A stretch of DNA of 64,000 nt from Gemmatimonadaceae bacterium (GCA_036507855.1 DATCIJ010000073.1:4433-68432), one strand, 5' to 3'. Numbered from the stretch's first letter, positions 9,116 through 18,216 are shown. Translations and numbers: made by a program. The notes: generated by a model from the letters alone, not told the origin.

Positions 9116-9630
9116 AGATTGAACTTCCCGAAGTCTTCGGGACGCAGGTTCGAGAGATACCGCTGCAGTTGCTCGACGGTCATGTCCTCGGTGCTCTGCG
9201 CGGGTGGTGTCTCTGGCACCACGCCTTCATCCGGTTCCTCTTCACCCATCGCCACCAGCAGCGACTCGTCGGCAAAGATGGGCGCCGGGAACCTCAGGGC
9301 AATCGCGATGCTGTCGGATGGCCTCGCGTCCACGTGGACCACTTCACCGCCGCGCACGATATGCATTTCGGCGAAGTACGTGCCCTTGGCGACGCGGGTG
9401 ATCTGCACGCGCCGCAGTTCGCCGCCCAGGCCGGCAATAAGGCTCTTGCAGAGATCGTGGGTGAGCGGCCGTTCCTTGCGGACGTTATTGATCTCCATGA
9501 GGATCGAGTCCGCTTCCGCGGACCCGATCCAGATTGGCAACAGCCGCTCGCCGCCCTTTTCCTGTAGGATCACGACGTGGGCATTCGACACACCGTCGAT
9601 CGCCAGCCGGACCACTTGCACTTCGACCAT
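9112..9630 (-). CDS. bifunctional nuclease family protein (DUF151/BFN domain) with UVR-like C-terminus
   Basis: MVEVQVVRLAIDGVSNAHVVILQEKGGERLLPIWIGSAEADSI...RPLTHDL...ARPSDSIAIALR is the BFN signature. ATG confirmed at 9630. Confidence 0.75.
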   Translation of the reverse strand: MVEVQVVRLAIDGVSNAHVVILQEKGGERLLPIWIGSAEADSILMEINNVRKERPLTHDLCKSLIAGLGGELRRVQITRVAKGTYFAEMHIVRGGEVVHVDARPSDSIAIALRFPAPIFADESLLVAMGEEEPDEGVVPETPPAQSTEDMTVEQLQRYLSNLRPEDFGKFNL

Positions 9631-9659
9631 CGCACTCACCGCCGTGAACGACTTGTGAA

Positions 9660-10832
9660 CTATCGCACGGCGCGCCGCAGATCGCCAACCTTGTCGGTGC
9701 GTTCCCACGAGAATCGCGTCATGGCGCGCTTGCCGTGGCCGACGCGCTCGGGCGACCGACCGAAGTGTCCGTAGGACGATGTGGCGGAGAAGATGGGCTT
9801 GCGCAGGTCCAGCGACGCGATGATGCCGGCCGGCGTGAGGTCGAACACCTCGCGCACCGCGTCAGTGATGGCCGTGTCGGCCACCTGGCCCGTGCCGAAC
9901 GTGTCCACCATGATCGATACCGGCTCGCGGACGCCGATCGCGTACGCCAGCTGAACCTCGCAGCGCCTGGCGAGTCCGGCTGCCACGATGTTCTTGGCGA
10001 CCCAGCGCGCGGCATAGCATGCCGAGCGATCCACCTTCGTCGGATCCTTGCCGCTGAACGCGCCGCCGCCGTGGCGTCCCATGCCGCCGTACGTGTCGAC
10101 GATGATCTTGCGGCCGGTGAGTCCGGCGTCGCCCTGCGGCCCGCCCGTCACGAAGCGCCCGGTGGGGTTGATGTGGTACGTAGGCTTCTTCTTCCGCCAC
10201 TCGGGCGGAATCACCGGTTCGATGACCTCGGCAATCACGTCGCGCTTGACCCGGGAAGCCGCGACACGCTCATCGTGCTGCGTAGACACCACGACCGTAT
10301 CCACCGCGATCGGCCGATCTCCCTCGTAGATGACGGTGACCTGCGCCTTGCCGTCCGGACGAAGCCACAGGAGTTCGCCCGAGTGACGCAGCTCCGCCAG
10401 TCGCTTCGTGAGGCGATGCGCCAGGAGAATCGGCGCCGGCATCAGGTCTTCGGTCTCGTCGGTCGCGTAGCCGAACATCATCCCCTGATCGCCCGCACCG
10501 CCGGTATCAACACCCATCGCGATGTCGCCGGATTGCTTGTCGATCGTGCTCATCACGGCGCAGGTGTGGCTGTCGAAGCCATACGTCGCGTCGGTGTAGC
10601 CGATGCGCTTGATGGTGGACCGCACCACCGACGGAAGGTCAACCCAGGTGGACGTCGTGATTTCGCCGGCGATCACGGCCAGTCCGGTCGTGACCAGGGT
10701 TTCACAGGCGACTCGCGCGGTGGGATCCTCGCTGATGATGGCGTCGAGGACCGCGTCGGAGATGGCGTCGGCGACCTTGTCAGGATGTCCTTCGGTGACG
10801 GATTCGGAGGTGAACAGATGGGTCGCGGGCAC
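9660..10832 (-). CDS. metK: S-adenosylmethionine synthetase
   Basis: [24 protein letters not shown] and [16 protein letters not shown] motifs. GTG start. Confidence 0.95.
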   Translation of the reverse strand: MPATHLFTSESVTEGHPDKVADAISDAVLDAIISEDPTARVACETLVTTGLAVIAGEITTSTWVDLPSVVRSTIKRIGYTDATYGFDSHTCAVMSTIDKQSGDIAMGVDTGGAGDQGMMFGYATDETEDLMPAPILLAHRLTKRLAELRHSGELLWLRPDGKAQVTVIYEGDRPIAVDTVVVSTQHDERVAASRVKRDVIAEVIEPVIPPEWRKKKPTYHINPTGRFVTGGPQGDAGLTGRKIIVDTYGGMGRHGGGAFSGKDPTKVDRSACYAARWVAKNIVAAGLARRCEVQLAYAIGVREPVSIMVDTFGTGQVADTAITDAVREVFDLTPAGIIASLDLRKPIFSATSSYGHFGRSPERVGHGKRAMTRFSWERTDKVGDLRRAVR

Positions 10833-10939
10833 GGGAGGGGGCGAAGAGTGGGTGTGATTCGACGATCGGCGAAACGTAAGGTCTCAGGGGGCGGCGACGG
10901 CAGTAGCGACAGGAAAACGCGGCTTGACTTCGGAATCCC

Positions 10940-12703
10940 CTACGCCGCGCCCTCGCCAGCGAGTGCGCCATTGCCCATTGCCGCCACGAGTCGGAAGCGT
11001 AGTTCGCGCTCCGCGTCAGGCGCCGTTCGTGACGCCAGGGCCGCGCTCGCGGCTTCGATCGCCAGGGCGGTGCTGATGCCACGCACCAATCGCTTGGTGG
11101 TCGACACCGCGCGCGGGTTCACGCTCAATTCGCGCACGCCGAGGCCAATGAGGGCAAAGGCCATGAGTGGTTGCGACGCCATTTCGCCGCAGACCGCGAC
11201 GTCGATGCCCTGCGCGTCCGCGACATCCACGATTCGGCGGATCAGCCGCAGGATGGCTGGATGCAGTGGGGTGAACCGCTGGGCAAGGTTCACGTTGCCT
11301 CGATCGACCGCGAGCGTGTACTGCACCAGGTCGTTGGTGCCGATGCTGAAGAACGCGACGTCTCCGGCAAAGGTGTCGGCGGCGACTGCCGCCCCCGGTG
11401 TTTCCATCATCACGCCCAGGGGAACCTGCCTGCGGAACGGTACGCCCGCCGCCGTCAGCTCCGCAGCGGCCTCATCGAGCAGTTGACGGGCCGCCCGGAC
11501 TTCGTCGACCGAAACGATGAGCGGAAGCATGATGCGCACGTCGCCGTGCATCGCGGCTCTCAGGAGCGCGCGCAACTGGACCTTGAACAGCTCCGGCGAG
11601 TCGAGGCACATCCGGATGGCGCGCCAGCCAAGAAACGGATTGGGCTCGGTCGGATATCCGCCGATTGGCAGCTTGTCGCCGCCGATGTCGAAGGTGCGAA
11701 CGATGACCGGTCGTCCCTCGAACGCCTCGACGACGCGCCGGTAGGCGCGGTACTGCTCCTCTTCATCGGGCATGGTCGCGCGGCCCACCACCAGGAACTC
11801 GGTGCGCATGAGCCCGACGCCGTCGGCGCCGCTGCGCGCCGCGGTTTCGGCCTCCTCGGGCAGGTCGACGTTGGCGCGAAGCGTGATGTGGACACCGTCC
11901 GTCGTGACCGCCTCCACGTCGGTGAGCAGCGCCAGCTCGGCGTCGCTCAGCGCCTGCGCGACGGCCCGCGACCGGAAGGCGTCGAGCTCGTTGGGGCTCG
12001 GGTCGATCACCAGCAGGCCGCTCGAGGCATCGAGCACGGCCGGCTCGCCGCCGCGCAGGCGGCTGGTGGCGTCGCGGAGGCCCACGACCGCCGGAATGCC
12101 TAACGATCTGGCCAGGATCGCGACGTGTGACGTTCGCGTCCCGGAATCCGTGGCGATGCCGGCGATGGCTTCGCGGTCGAGCTGTATCGTCAGGCTGGGC
12201 GTCAGGTCATGCGTGACCAGGATGGCGTTCGTTCCCTTCGGCACGTCGACCGGATCGTGATCCGGCAGCTGCATCAGCATCGACAGGACGCGAATGTGGA
12301 CGTCCGTCAGGTCGCCGACCCGCTCGCGCAGCATCGGCGCCGCGCTGCGCGCGAACTTCTGGCGCCATTCGAGCATCACCACGTCGAACGCCTTCTCGGC
12401 GTCCAGGTTCTGCCTGATGTACGACTCGACTTCGTTGAGCAGTGCCTCGTCCGAGAGCATGCCGATCTGCACCTCGAAGATCCCGGCCTCGTCCGATCCG
12501 GCGTGCTGCTCAGCGCGCTCGCGCACCTGTTGCACCCGGTCGGTGGCGCCCTTTACGGCGGTGCGGAACCGGGCGATCTCCGCGTCGATCTGGTCGTCGT
12601 CGATGATCCGGTGTGGAACCTCCGGCACCTCCCAGCGCAGGAGGCGCACCGGACCAACCACGATCCCGGGTGACGCCGAGATACCGTGAAAGACCCTGTT
12701 CAC
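10940..12703 (-). CDS. ptsI: phosphoenolpyruvate-protein phosphotransferase (PTS Enzyme I)
   Basis: GTRTSHVAILARSLGIPAVVG active-site His region and PEP-utilising C-terminal domain (MMETPGA, FFSIGTNDL). GTG start overlaps the ptsH stop. Confidence 0.9.
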   Translation of the reverse strand: MNRVFHGISASPGIVVGPVRLLRWEVPEVPHRIIDDDQIDAEIARFRTAVKGATDRVQQVRERAEQHAGSDEAGIFEVQIGMLSDEALLNEVESYIRQNLDAEKAFDVVMLEWRQKFARSAAPMLRERVGDLTDVHIRVLSMLMQLPDHDPVDVPKGTNAILVTHDLTPSLTIQLDREAIAGIATDSGTRTSHVAILARSLGIPAVVGLRDATSRLRGGEPAVLDASSGLLVIDPSPNELDAFRSRAVAQALSDAELALLTDVEAVTTDGVHITLRANVDLPEEAETAARSGADGVGLMRTEFLVVGRATMPDEEEQYRAYRRVVEAFEGRPVIVRTFDIGGDKLPIGGYPTEPNPFLGWRAIRMCLDSPELFKVQLRALLRAAMHGDVRIMLPLIVSVDEVRAARQLLDEAAAELTAAGVPFRRQVPLGVMMETPGAAVAADTFAGDVAFFSIGTNDLVQYTLAVDRGNVNLAQRFTPLHPAILRLIRRIVDVADAQGIDVAVCGEMASQPLMAFALIGLGVRELSVNPRAVSTTKRLVRGISTALAIEAASAALASRTAPDAERELRFRLVAAMGNGALAGEGAA

Positions 12704-12975
12704 GCCTCGCGCTCTCCGAACCGTGACGCGACCAGCGCGGCGATTGCCTCGACGGCCTGCTCGGCATCCTCACCGTTCGCGCGGAGCCACAACGTGGTCC
12801 CGTATTCGGCGGCCAGCATCATGACTCCCATGATGCTCTTGCCGTTGACCTCCATGTCGTCGCGCCGGATCGTGACCACACTCTTGAAGCGCGACGCGGC
12901 CTTGACGATTTCGGCCGCGGGCCTGGCGTGCAGCCCGTTTCGATTCTCGATCCGCACCCCGCGCTCGCAGGTCAT
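12700..12975 (-). CDS. ptsH: phosphocarrier protein HPr
   Basis: NGLHARPA (His15 region) and GKSIMGVM (Ser46 region). 91 aa. Confidence 0.9.
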   Translation of the reverse strand: MTCERGVRIENRNGLHARPAAEIVKAASRFKSVVTIRRDDMEVNGKSIMGVMMLAAEYGTTLWLRANGEDAEQAVEAIAALVASRFGEREA

Positions 12976-13745
12976 CGGATCACCGAGTAGAGGACGAACG
13001 CCGTGAGCACGCCGGCGGAGACCTTCCAGCCCTCGGCGCGCCCATGCAGCCGGGTGAGCACGATCGCACCTGCCAGCGCGCCGAGCAGGGTTCCACCGAG
13101 AAGGACGTTACCGGATCCGATGATCCGGTGGACGGCGATGGGAAGCGAGAGTCCGGCCAGGACGGCGGCGACGCGGCCCAGGTGCAGCGGCGCCTTCTGC
13201 AGGATCGGATGCCCTAACGACTGCGCGACGGCGAGTCCCTTGCGCCAGCCGGCCTGAAGGCCCCACACGCGCAGCCCGAGGTGCCCGGCATTGTACAGGC
13301 CGAGGAACGTCAGCACAGTCACCAGGGGTGACGCCCCGGTGCCGAACACGGCCAGCGCCGCGAATGAGCAGAGCGGCAGAAAGGTCGCCCAGACCAATCG
13401 ATCGCCCAGCGCGCCAAGCGGCCCGCACAGCGCCGTGCGAAAGCGCTCGATGCGCTCCGGCGCCTCGCCATCGAGCTCGGCACGCGCCAGCGCGCCGATC
13501 GCGACGCTGGTGAGGTATGGATGCGCGTTGAAGTACTGGCTCTCGCGGGCCAGCGCCGCGTGATACGCGTCGCCATCACGCCCTCCCGGGAGCCGGCGCA
13601 ACGCGGGCTCGACGCAGAAGCCGATCCCGTTCCCGAGCATCGTCTCGTAGTTCCACGCGCCCTGAACGGCCAGCATCCGGAAGAATATGACCACCTGGGT
13701 GCCAAGCGGCAGCGTGGGCGTCGCGCCAACGGGGCCGGCGCTCAT
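12972..13745 (-). CDS. PTS mannose/fructose/sorbose family EIID component
   Basis: AWNYETMLGNGIGFCVEPAL motif typical of EIID-Man. Membrane protein. ATGA overlaps on both sides. Confidence 0.8.
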   Translation of the reverse strand: MSAGPVGATPTLPLGTQVVIFFRMLAVQGAWNYETMLGNGIGFCVEPALRRLPGGRDGDAYHAALARESQYFNAHPYLTSVAIGALARAELDGEAPERIERFRTALCGPLGALGDRLVWATFLPLCSFAALAVFGTGASPLVTVLTFLGLYNAGHLGLRVWGLQAGWRKGLAVAQSLGHPILQKAPLHLGRVAAVLAGLSLPIAVHRIIGSGNVLLGGTLLGALAGAIVLTRLHGRAEGWKVSAGVLTAFVLYSVIR

Positions 13746-14425
13746 GACAGACTCACCAGGCCCAGACCCGCAGCCAGGCCGAGCATGAACTGCCAGCTGA
13801 ACCCGGGCACGGCATGGAACAGCTTGTACGCCGCACCTAACGAGACAGCGCCGGAAGCGCCCACCACCATGGCGCGCGACAGCGGCGCGCCGGTACCCCA
13901 GGCTTCGAGGGCCGCCATCTGGAGCGGCTGCAGCGCCATCAGCCCGATCGCGGTCAGGACGATGCCGCGCACGAGGTCCGCGCCCAGCCCTGCCATCTGC
14001 AATCCGATCACGGTTCGCCGCGCGCCGCCAGCGACCGCGTCATGACGATTGCGGGCCCACATGGCGTTCAGCTTGCGTACCTGCACCATCGACCACCCGC
14101 CGATCCATGCGATGGCCAGCGCGCCCAGCACGGTCGTCGTCAGGCGCCCGGCGTCAAAGCCGCCGGCCTTCGTGAACAGCGCGCCGCCAATCACCGCCGC
14201 GGAACCCCATTCCGGGTACCGGCTCGCGCCGAACGGCAGTGTGTCAACCGCGAAGAGCTCGAGCGCCGCGCCCACGAGCAGCCCGGCTCCCGCATCGCCA
14301 AGGATCGCGCCGGACAGTGTCGCGCCAACGATGGGCCGCGACAGCATGGCCTGGGGAAAGCTCACGGTGTCGAGCCCGAGCACGCCGCCCAGCAGCGACA
14401 GAACGACCACGTCAACGGCGCTCAC
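13742..14425 (-). CDS. PTS mannose family EIIC component
   Basis: Polytopic membrane protein with the N-terminus LLGGVLGLDTVSFPQAMLSRPIVGATLSGAILGD typical of EIIC-Man. GTG start overlaps the EIIB stop. Confidence 0.75.
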   Translation of the reverse strand: MSAVDVVVLSLLGGVLGLDTVSFPQAMLSRPIVGATLSGAILGDAGAGLLVGAALELFAVDTLPFGASRYPEWGSAAVIGGALFTKAGGFDAGRLTTTVLGALAIAWIGGWSMVQVRKLNAMWARNRHDAVAGGARRTVIGLQMAGLGADLVRGIVLTAIGLMALQPLQMAALEAWGTGAPLSRAMVVGASGAVSLGAAYKLFHAVPGFSWQFMLGLAAGLGLVSLS

Positions 14426-14910
14426 GATCCGTTACCCGCCAGCAATTCGTCGAGCGGGATCGGCCTCGCGGAAGGGACATCCTGCGCCGTGACCTCGATG
14501 CCCCTGGACTCCAGGTCATGCAACTGCACTTCCTCGTCCGGCGCGAGAAAGACATAGCGAAGGCGCTGCGTCCGTCCCGGCCGATGGTGGATGCCGCCGA
14601 GGTTCACGCGCCGGATGGCCTCGGTCGCAACGACCAGCCTCGCCATCGTATCGATGTCGCCGGTGAGGAGGATACCGCGGCGCGCGTCGTCCTGATAGCG
14701 CGACAGGTTGGTCGCCGCCGTGTCGACGGCGTCGAAGTAGACATCCATGTCGGGTGGCACGCCCATGCGATACAACTCCTGCTCCCAGTCACTTCCCGCG
14801 ACTTCGTCATCCACCAGCACGATGAATCGCAGGTCGAGCGGTTGTCCCCAGCCCACGACGACCTGGCCGTGAATCAGCCGGTCGTCGATTCGGTACAACT
14901 CAAGCGCCAC
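14422..14910 (-). CDS. PTS mannose family EIIB component
   Basis: LYRIDDRLIHGQVVVGWG phosphorylation-site motif. I place the start at GTG 14910 (codon checked), overlapping the EIIA 3' end by 11 nt. The track start at 14976 would overlap by 77 nt. Confidence 0.75.
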   Translation of the reverse strand: MALELYRIDDRLIHGQVVVGWGQPLDLRFIVLVDDEVAGSDWEQELYRMGVPPDMDVYFDAVDTAATNLSRYQDDARRGILLTGDIDTMARLVVATEAIRRVNLGGIHHRPGRTQRLRYVFLAPDEEVQLHDLESRGIEVTAQDVPSARPIPLDELLAGNGS

Positions 14911-15292
14911 GCGGTCCTCCGGTGACGACCAACGAGGCCCTGCCCCTGTCGGCCGCGTGCTCCACCGCGTGCTCATCGCCGGCTTCGACGTGAAACGCGA
15001 AGTCCAGCAGCGTTGCCAGGTTCACTCCCGTGACGACGGCCATACCGGGCTGCTCGCGCTGAATGCGGCGGGCCGCCATGGTGCAGCTGCCGGCCGGCAA
15101 GTCGGTGAAGATCACCGACGCGCCCGACGTGGCGAGTCGATCGCGCATCAGCGCCTCGACGTCATGCGCCGACAGGTCGCGATTGGTGACGCCGATGAAC
15201 AGGTCGGAGCGGCCCGTGATCTGCTCGATCGCGGACAGCATGCCTTCCGCGAACGTGCCGTGACCGGCCACGATCGCCTTGACGCTACTCAT
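14900..15292 (-). CDS. PTS mannose family EIIA component
   Basis: KAIVAGHGTFAEGMLSAIEQITG, with the conserved His of EIIA-Man. ATG at 15292. Confidence 0.8.
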   Translation of the reverse strand: MSSVKAIVAGHGTFAEGMLSAIEQITGRSDLFIGVTNRDLSAHDVEALMRDRLATSGASVIFTDLPAGSCTMAARRIQREQPGMAVVTGVNLATLLDFAFHVEAGDEHAVEHAADRGRASLVVTGGPRGA

Positions 15293-16250
15293 CGTCCTGC
15301 ACGAGGTACTGGCGTGCGTCCCGCGCGTCCCGCATGCGTCCGATCAGCCGCTGATTGAACGCTTCGGCCGGATTCTCTCCGTAGTATCGAAGCAGGTGAT
15401 TCATGGCGATGACTTCCGAAATCACCGTGATGTTCTTCCCGGGATTCAGGTAGACCGTGATCCTCGGCAGCTCAACGCCCAGGATGGTCGTGACCTGCGG
15501 CTCGAGTCCCGTCCTCTCGACGGGCGAGTTCTCGGCCCACTCATCGAGCTGGACGACGACTTCGATCCGCTTCTGCTGGCGAACGGCGCGAATGCCGAAG
15601 ATCGAGCGCACGTCGATGAGCCCCACGCCGCGAATCTCCATGAAGTGCCGCTGCAGCTCGTGTCCTCGCCCGATCAGGAGGTCGTTGCCGCGCCGGAAGC
15701 AGATGACCAGGTCGTCAGCCACGAGGCGGTGCCCGCGCTCGACGAGGTCGAGTACGCATTCCGACTTCCCGATCCCGCTGGCGCCGGTGAACAGCAGGCC
15801 GACGCCGAAGACGTCCGCCAGTGACCCGTGCAGCGTGCTGCTCGGCGCGAACAACTCCTCCATCACCGGCTTGAGCCGCCGGTACACCTCGGCCGTCTTC
15901 AGCGGGGAGCGAAGCACCGGCACCCTCGCTGCCGCGGCGAGGTCGATCAACGGCGTGACGGCCTCGAGCCCCTTGGTGATTAAGACACAGGGAATGGGAA
16001 AGGAAAAGAACTGGGCGAGTATCCTTCCCCGATCCGCCTCACTGAGCGTGCTCAGGTACGTGATCTCGGTCTCGCCGAGGATCTGCACGCGCTGCGCAGT
16101 GAACCTCCCGACGTAGCCGGCGAGGGCGAGCCCGGGACTCGACACGTCGGGGTTCTCGATTTCGCGCTCATGACCGTCGGTGCCGCTCAATTCCTCGAGC
16201 TGGAGGGGCACCTTGAGCCGGTCGATCAGCTTGCCGACAGTCACCGCCAC
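15285..16250 (-). CDS. hprK: HPr kinase/phosphorylase
   Basis: Walker A GASGIGKSE and LVADD...IEIRGVGLIDV signature. GTG start at 16250. Confidence 0.9.
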   Translation of the reverse strand: MAVTVGKLIDRLKVPLQLEELSGTDGHEREIENPDVSSPGLALAGYVGRFTAQRVQILGETEITYLSTLSEADRGRILAQFFSFPIPCVLITKGLEAVTPLIDLAAAARVPVLRSPLKTAEVYRRLKPVMEELFAPSSTLHGSLADVFGVGLLFTGASGIGKSECVLDLVERGHRLVADDLVICFRRGNDLLIGRGHELQRHFMEIRGVGLIDVRSIFGIRAVRQQKRIEVVVQLDEWAENSPVERTGLEPQVTTILGVELPRITVYLNPGKNITVISEVIAMNHLLRYYGENPAEAFNQRLIGRMRDARDARQYLVQDDE

Positions 16251-16268
16251 CGGGCGCCGCTCCTCTCG

Positions 16269-16367
16269 CTAGTGCCGTTCCAACCTGTTCGGTCTACGAC
16301 AGGGATTCGCATGCATTCTTCGTCGTCACTTGAGGACATTTGGCGCAACAAGTTGGAACGGTACTAG
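16269..16367. repeat. inverted-repeat element, copy 1 (arms CTAGTGCCGTTCCAAC / GTTGGAACGGTACTAG, 67-nt unique loop)
   Basis: 16-bp arms at 16269-16284 and 16352-16367 with one mismatch. Fills the hpf-hprK spacer. The right-arm CTAG supplies the hpf TAG stop. Confidence 0.8.
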
Positions 16368-16741
16368 GCGCGAACCGGGCGGCGCGCCCGGCGAATGGTC
16401 AACCGTCCAACACGGCGCAGCTGGGCCTCGAGGTGCGCGAGCGCCGCGGCCAGGGCAGGTCCATAGTACCGCCCGGTCCCCTCGGCCACGAGACGGCGGC
16501 CCCGCCCGACCAGCTCGAGCTCGACCCGCCGCATTCGTCCATCCTCCTCGAACCGGATGACGCCCGACACGGGTCGCGTTAGGCGCTGGCCGAGCTTGTC
16601 CAGTGCGCGGCTGGCGTTCTGGCGGACCCGTTCAGGGACCGTGGCATGATGCGACTGAAAGACGATTTCCACCGGTACTACCCTCCACCCTCGTTCACTT
16701 CGTCCAGGTGACGCGCCGTTTCCGACGCCGCCCGCTCCCAT
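16364..16741 (-). CDS. hpf: ribosome hibernation promoting factor / RaiA family (short form)
   Basis: VEIVFQSHHATVPERVRQNASRALDKLGQRL...RVELEL... fits the sigma54-modulation/HPF fold pattern, and the position next to hprK/PTS is typical. The only in-frame start is ATG 16741, which gives a 64-nt overlap with the upstream gene. Confidence 0.65.
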   Translation of the reverse strand: MGAGGVGNGASPGRSERGWRVVPVEIVFQSHHATVPERVRQNASRALDKLGQRLTRPVSGVIRFEEDGRMRRVELELVGRGRRLVAEGTGRYYGPALAAALAHLEAQLRRVGRLTIRRARRPVRA

Positions 16742-17784
16742 GTGAATGTCGTTGCGAAAGATCTCGCCTGCGTGCCGAGTTGCTCAACCAGCGAGCGATC
16801 GGCGGCCACGGTCGCCATCGCCGCTGCCAACGCGCCGGTGTCGCCATGACGCACCAGGAAGCCGGTTTCGCCGTGGCGCACGGATTCCCGAATCCCCGGT
16901 GAGTCGGATGCGATGACCGCGGTCCCGCACGCGGCGGCCTCCAGGTTGGTGATGCCCCAGCCCTCCTTAGGTGACGTGAAGACCAGGGCCCAGGCGCGGC
17001 GCAGGAGCCGGAGCTTTTCAGCCTCGCTGATTCGCCCAAGAAACGTCACGCGATCACCTAGGTCAAGCGAGTTCGCGAGGCGCTCCAGCGCGGGCCGATA
17101 GTCGCCCGCTCCCGCCACTTCGAGCCGGGCGCCGGGGATGGCCGCCTTCGCAAAACCCTCCAGAACGAGGTCCACCGCCTTGTATCGCTTCAACCGACCC
17201 AGGTAGGCGAACACGGGCGCTTCCGCCCGCGCCGTCGCGTCCGGCGTGTAGTGCTGTGAGTCGATGCCGCAGTAGATCACCCTGATCCGCTCGCGCTTGA
17301 TCCCGCGGGCGACAAGGTCGTCCGCCGTACTCTCGCTGATGGCCTCGAACGGTACCCGGCCGTAGACCCACGGGATCGACCGCTCCGCGAGCCAGACGGC
17401 GGCCGCGACCGGCGCGGGAAGCTCCTGGAATGCCGTCGAGCCGAACAGGTGCGGCACCACGGCTACGACCGGAACCGTACCCCAGTGCGGCGTGTGGAGG
17501 GGCATCTTGTTGATGTCCTCGACAAGCACGTCAAACGGCCGGCCGGCGAAATGCGCCCGGTACCCGCGGCGTGCCAGCAGGCGGAACGAGTTGCGGGTGC
17601 CGACCCGGACGACCTCGATGCCGTCGAGCGTCGCTCGTGGCGCACACCCGCGCCATCCCCCGCAGAGGAGGCTGACGTCGTGTCCCTGCGCCGCCAGGCG
17701 ACCGAAGATCTCGTGCAGATGGATCTCGGCCCCGCCGGCCTGAGGGTTCTCGCGGTCCTGCCAGTTCACCAGGAGGATCCGCAA
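16678..17784 (-). CDS. glycosyltransferase family 4 (GT-B)
   Basis: MRILLVNWQDRENPQAGGAEIHLHEI N-terminus and the EGWGITNLEAAACGTAVIAS E-x7-E region. TTG start directly after the nusB stop. Confidence 0.8.
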   Translation of the reverse strand: MRILLVNWQDRENPQAGGAEIHLHEIFGRLAAQGHDVSLLCGGWRGCAPRATLDGIEVVRVGTRNSFRLLARRGYRAHFAGRPFDVLVEDINKMPLHTPHWGTVPVVAVVPHLFGSTAFQELPAPVAAAVWLAERSIPWVYGRVPFEAISESTADDLVARGIKRERIRVIYCGIDSQHYTPDATARAEAPVFAYLGRLKRYKAVDLVLEGFAKAAIPGARLEVAGAGDYRPALERLANSLDLGDRVTFLGRISEAEKLRLLRRAWALVFTSPKEGWGITNLEAAACGTAVIASDSPGIRESVRHGETGFLVRHGDTGALAAAMATVAADRSLVEQLGTQARSFATTFTWERAASETARHLDEVNEGGG

Positions 17785-18216
17785 TCAGATCCTCCCGAGC
17801 CGCCGCGCCAGGGCGTCCAGCACGCCGTTGACGAAGCGCGCGCTCGCATCCGTCCCGAACCGCTCGGCCAGGTGAATCGCCTCCTTGATCACCGTGACCG
17901 GCGGCGTTGCTCCGATGCGGAGTTCAGCCGCGGCCAGACGAAGTACCGAGCGATCGATGGCGCTGAGACGCTCCAGGCGCCAGTTGGTAGTCACCGACGC
18001 GAGGTCCTTGTCGATCTCGACCACGTCGACCGCAGCCCTGGAGAGCAGGGGTGCGGCGATGCTGCGCTCGTCGGGACCGACCTCCAGATCCGCGAAGAGT
18101 CGCTCGCCTACCGCTACAAGTCCGCCGTCCGGCACGAGGTCCCACGCGTACAGCGCCTGCAGGGCGCGGGCGCGCGCACGCCGGCGGACCCGGATCTCAT
18201 GTGCTGTCAGCGGCAT
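17785..18216 (-). CDS. nusB: transcription antitermination factor NusB
   Basis: RRRARARALQALYAWDL and IDRSVLRLAAAEL NusB motifs. ATG 18216 confirmed. Follows ribH as in many genomes. Confidence 0.85.
   Translation of the reverse strand: MPLTAHEIRVRRRARARALQALYAWDLVPDGGLVAVGERLFADLEVGPDERSIAAPLLSRAAVDVVEIDKDLASVTTNWRLERLSAIDRSVLRLAAAELRIGATPPVTVIKEAIHLAERFGTDASARFVNGVLDALARRLGRI

Noticed and set aside
10833-10939. SAM riboswitch upstream of metK.
   Set aside because: The 107-nt leader shows none of the SAM-I/IV (GGUGCCAAUUCC-type) or SAM-II/V (AAAGCU with a pseudoknot U-run) cores. I cannot exclude a rarer class without a covariance-model search.
9735-11486. Long antisense or overlapping ORFs in the six-frame track: 9735..11486+, 21384..22547+, 25825..27351+, 40709..42460+, 45554..46939+, 46326..48146+, 56241..57644+, 27836..28783-, 19895..20755-, and many shorter ones.
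   Set aside because: All lie opposite to, or out of frame with, genes that carry unmistakable conserved motifs. Their translations are Arg/Ala/Pro/Gly-rich low-complexity sequence, typical of stop-poor frames in high-GC DNA.
16269-16284. Reading the inverted-repeat arms as sigma54 (-24/-12) promoters. On the minus strand the arm reads TGGAAC-GGCAC-TAGC, which has the GG-N10-GC spacing of TGGCAC-N5-TTGC.
   Set aside because: Only 2 of the 4 full arms keep the critical GC (the others read TAGG or TAGT). The 25751 variant has an insertion that breaks the spacing. The predicted start sites would fall 0-10 nt from the start codons, and half the arms point antisense into gene 3' ends. Kept only as a remote possibility.
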